DNA from: a virus
Lineage: Duplodnaviria > Caudoviricetes
IMG/VR virus record: IMGVR_UViG_3300017914_002319
Span: 1-46,277 of that record
Strand: one strand, 5' to 3'
Length of the DNA stretch: 46,277 bases
Positions 46,201-46,277 of this stretch are shown one piece after another; the first letter of the stretch is position 1, and the number at the start of each line of letters is the position of its first letter. The notes under the pieces are model-generated. The model worked only from the letters and a program-made list of their open reading frames with translations, had not been told where the DNA came from and did no database searches. The position numbers were made by a program, and so were the translations under genes.

Positions 46201-46277
46201 TTAATAATCTTCACTAGTATCTGCTTGCGATAACGGGTCATATGTATAATTTCTGTTAACTCTAGCTACCAAGTATC
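46201..46277 (-). CDS. C-terminal fragment of upstream gene (runs in from right edge)
   Basis: Minus frame YLVARVNRNYTYDPLSQADTSEDY-stop, ending 11 nt before the ATG at 46189. Confidence 0.6.
   Translation of the reverse strand, partial: YLVARVNRNYTYDPLSQADTSEDY

Noticed and set aside
1-46277. CRISPR arrays, tRNA or rRNA genes
   Set aside because: No regularly spaced nucleotide repeats or cloverleaf-like sequences noticed; nearly all intergenic gaps are too short and are explained by promoters and terminators.

Overview
A 46 kb, AT-rich (roughly 35-40% GC by eye), almost gap-free segment of a large T4-like myovirus (Caudoviricetes). Its gene content resembles marine cyanophage/pelagiphage-type T4-like phages, but the host cannot be read from this window. 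The left half is the late morphogenesis region: putative head/core proteins, terminase large and probable small subunits, gp4-like head-completion nuclease, tail tube and a tube paralog, an enlarged 1104-aa tail sheath, and neck/terminator proteins gp13/14/15. Embedded among these and the tail-fibre genes is a split sugar-modification system. One part is an ADP-heptose operon (HldE, HldD, GmhB, a cupin and two 2OG-Fe(II) oxygenases) behind a sigma70-type promoter. The other is a late-promoter operon encoding a third 2OG oxygenase, a GT9-like glycosyltransferase and a NodU/CmcH carbamoyltransferase. The right half encodes three tandem Cys/Gly-rich adhesin-like paralogs and giant modular virion proteins (1936, 1608 and 1948 aa). 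Signals missed by the ORF track include a probable -1 frameshift at an A8 run that extends a head protein, a recurrent TAAATA-N4/5-ATG leaderless late-promoter architecture, a phycocyanin-like KCxRDIGY motif in a virion protein, and a 587-codon partial ORF at the left edge with a DnaJ-type zinc finger. All assignments come from motif recognition by eye; no searches were run.
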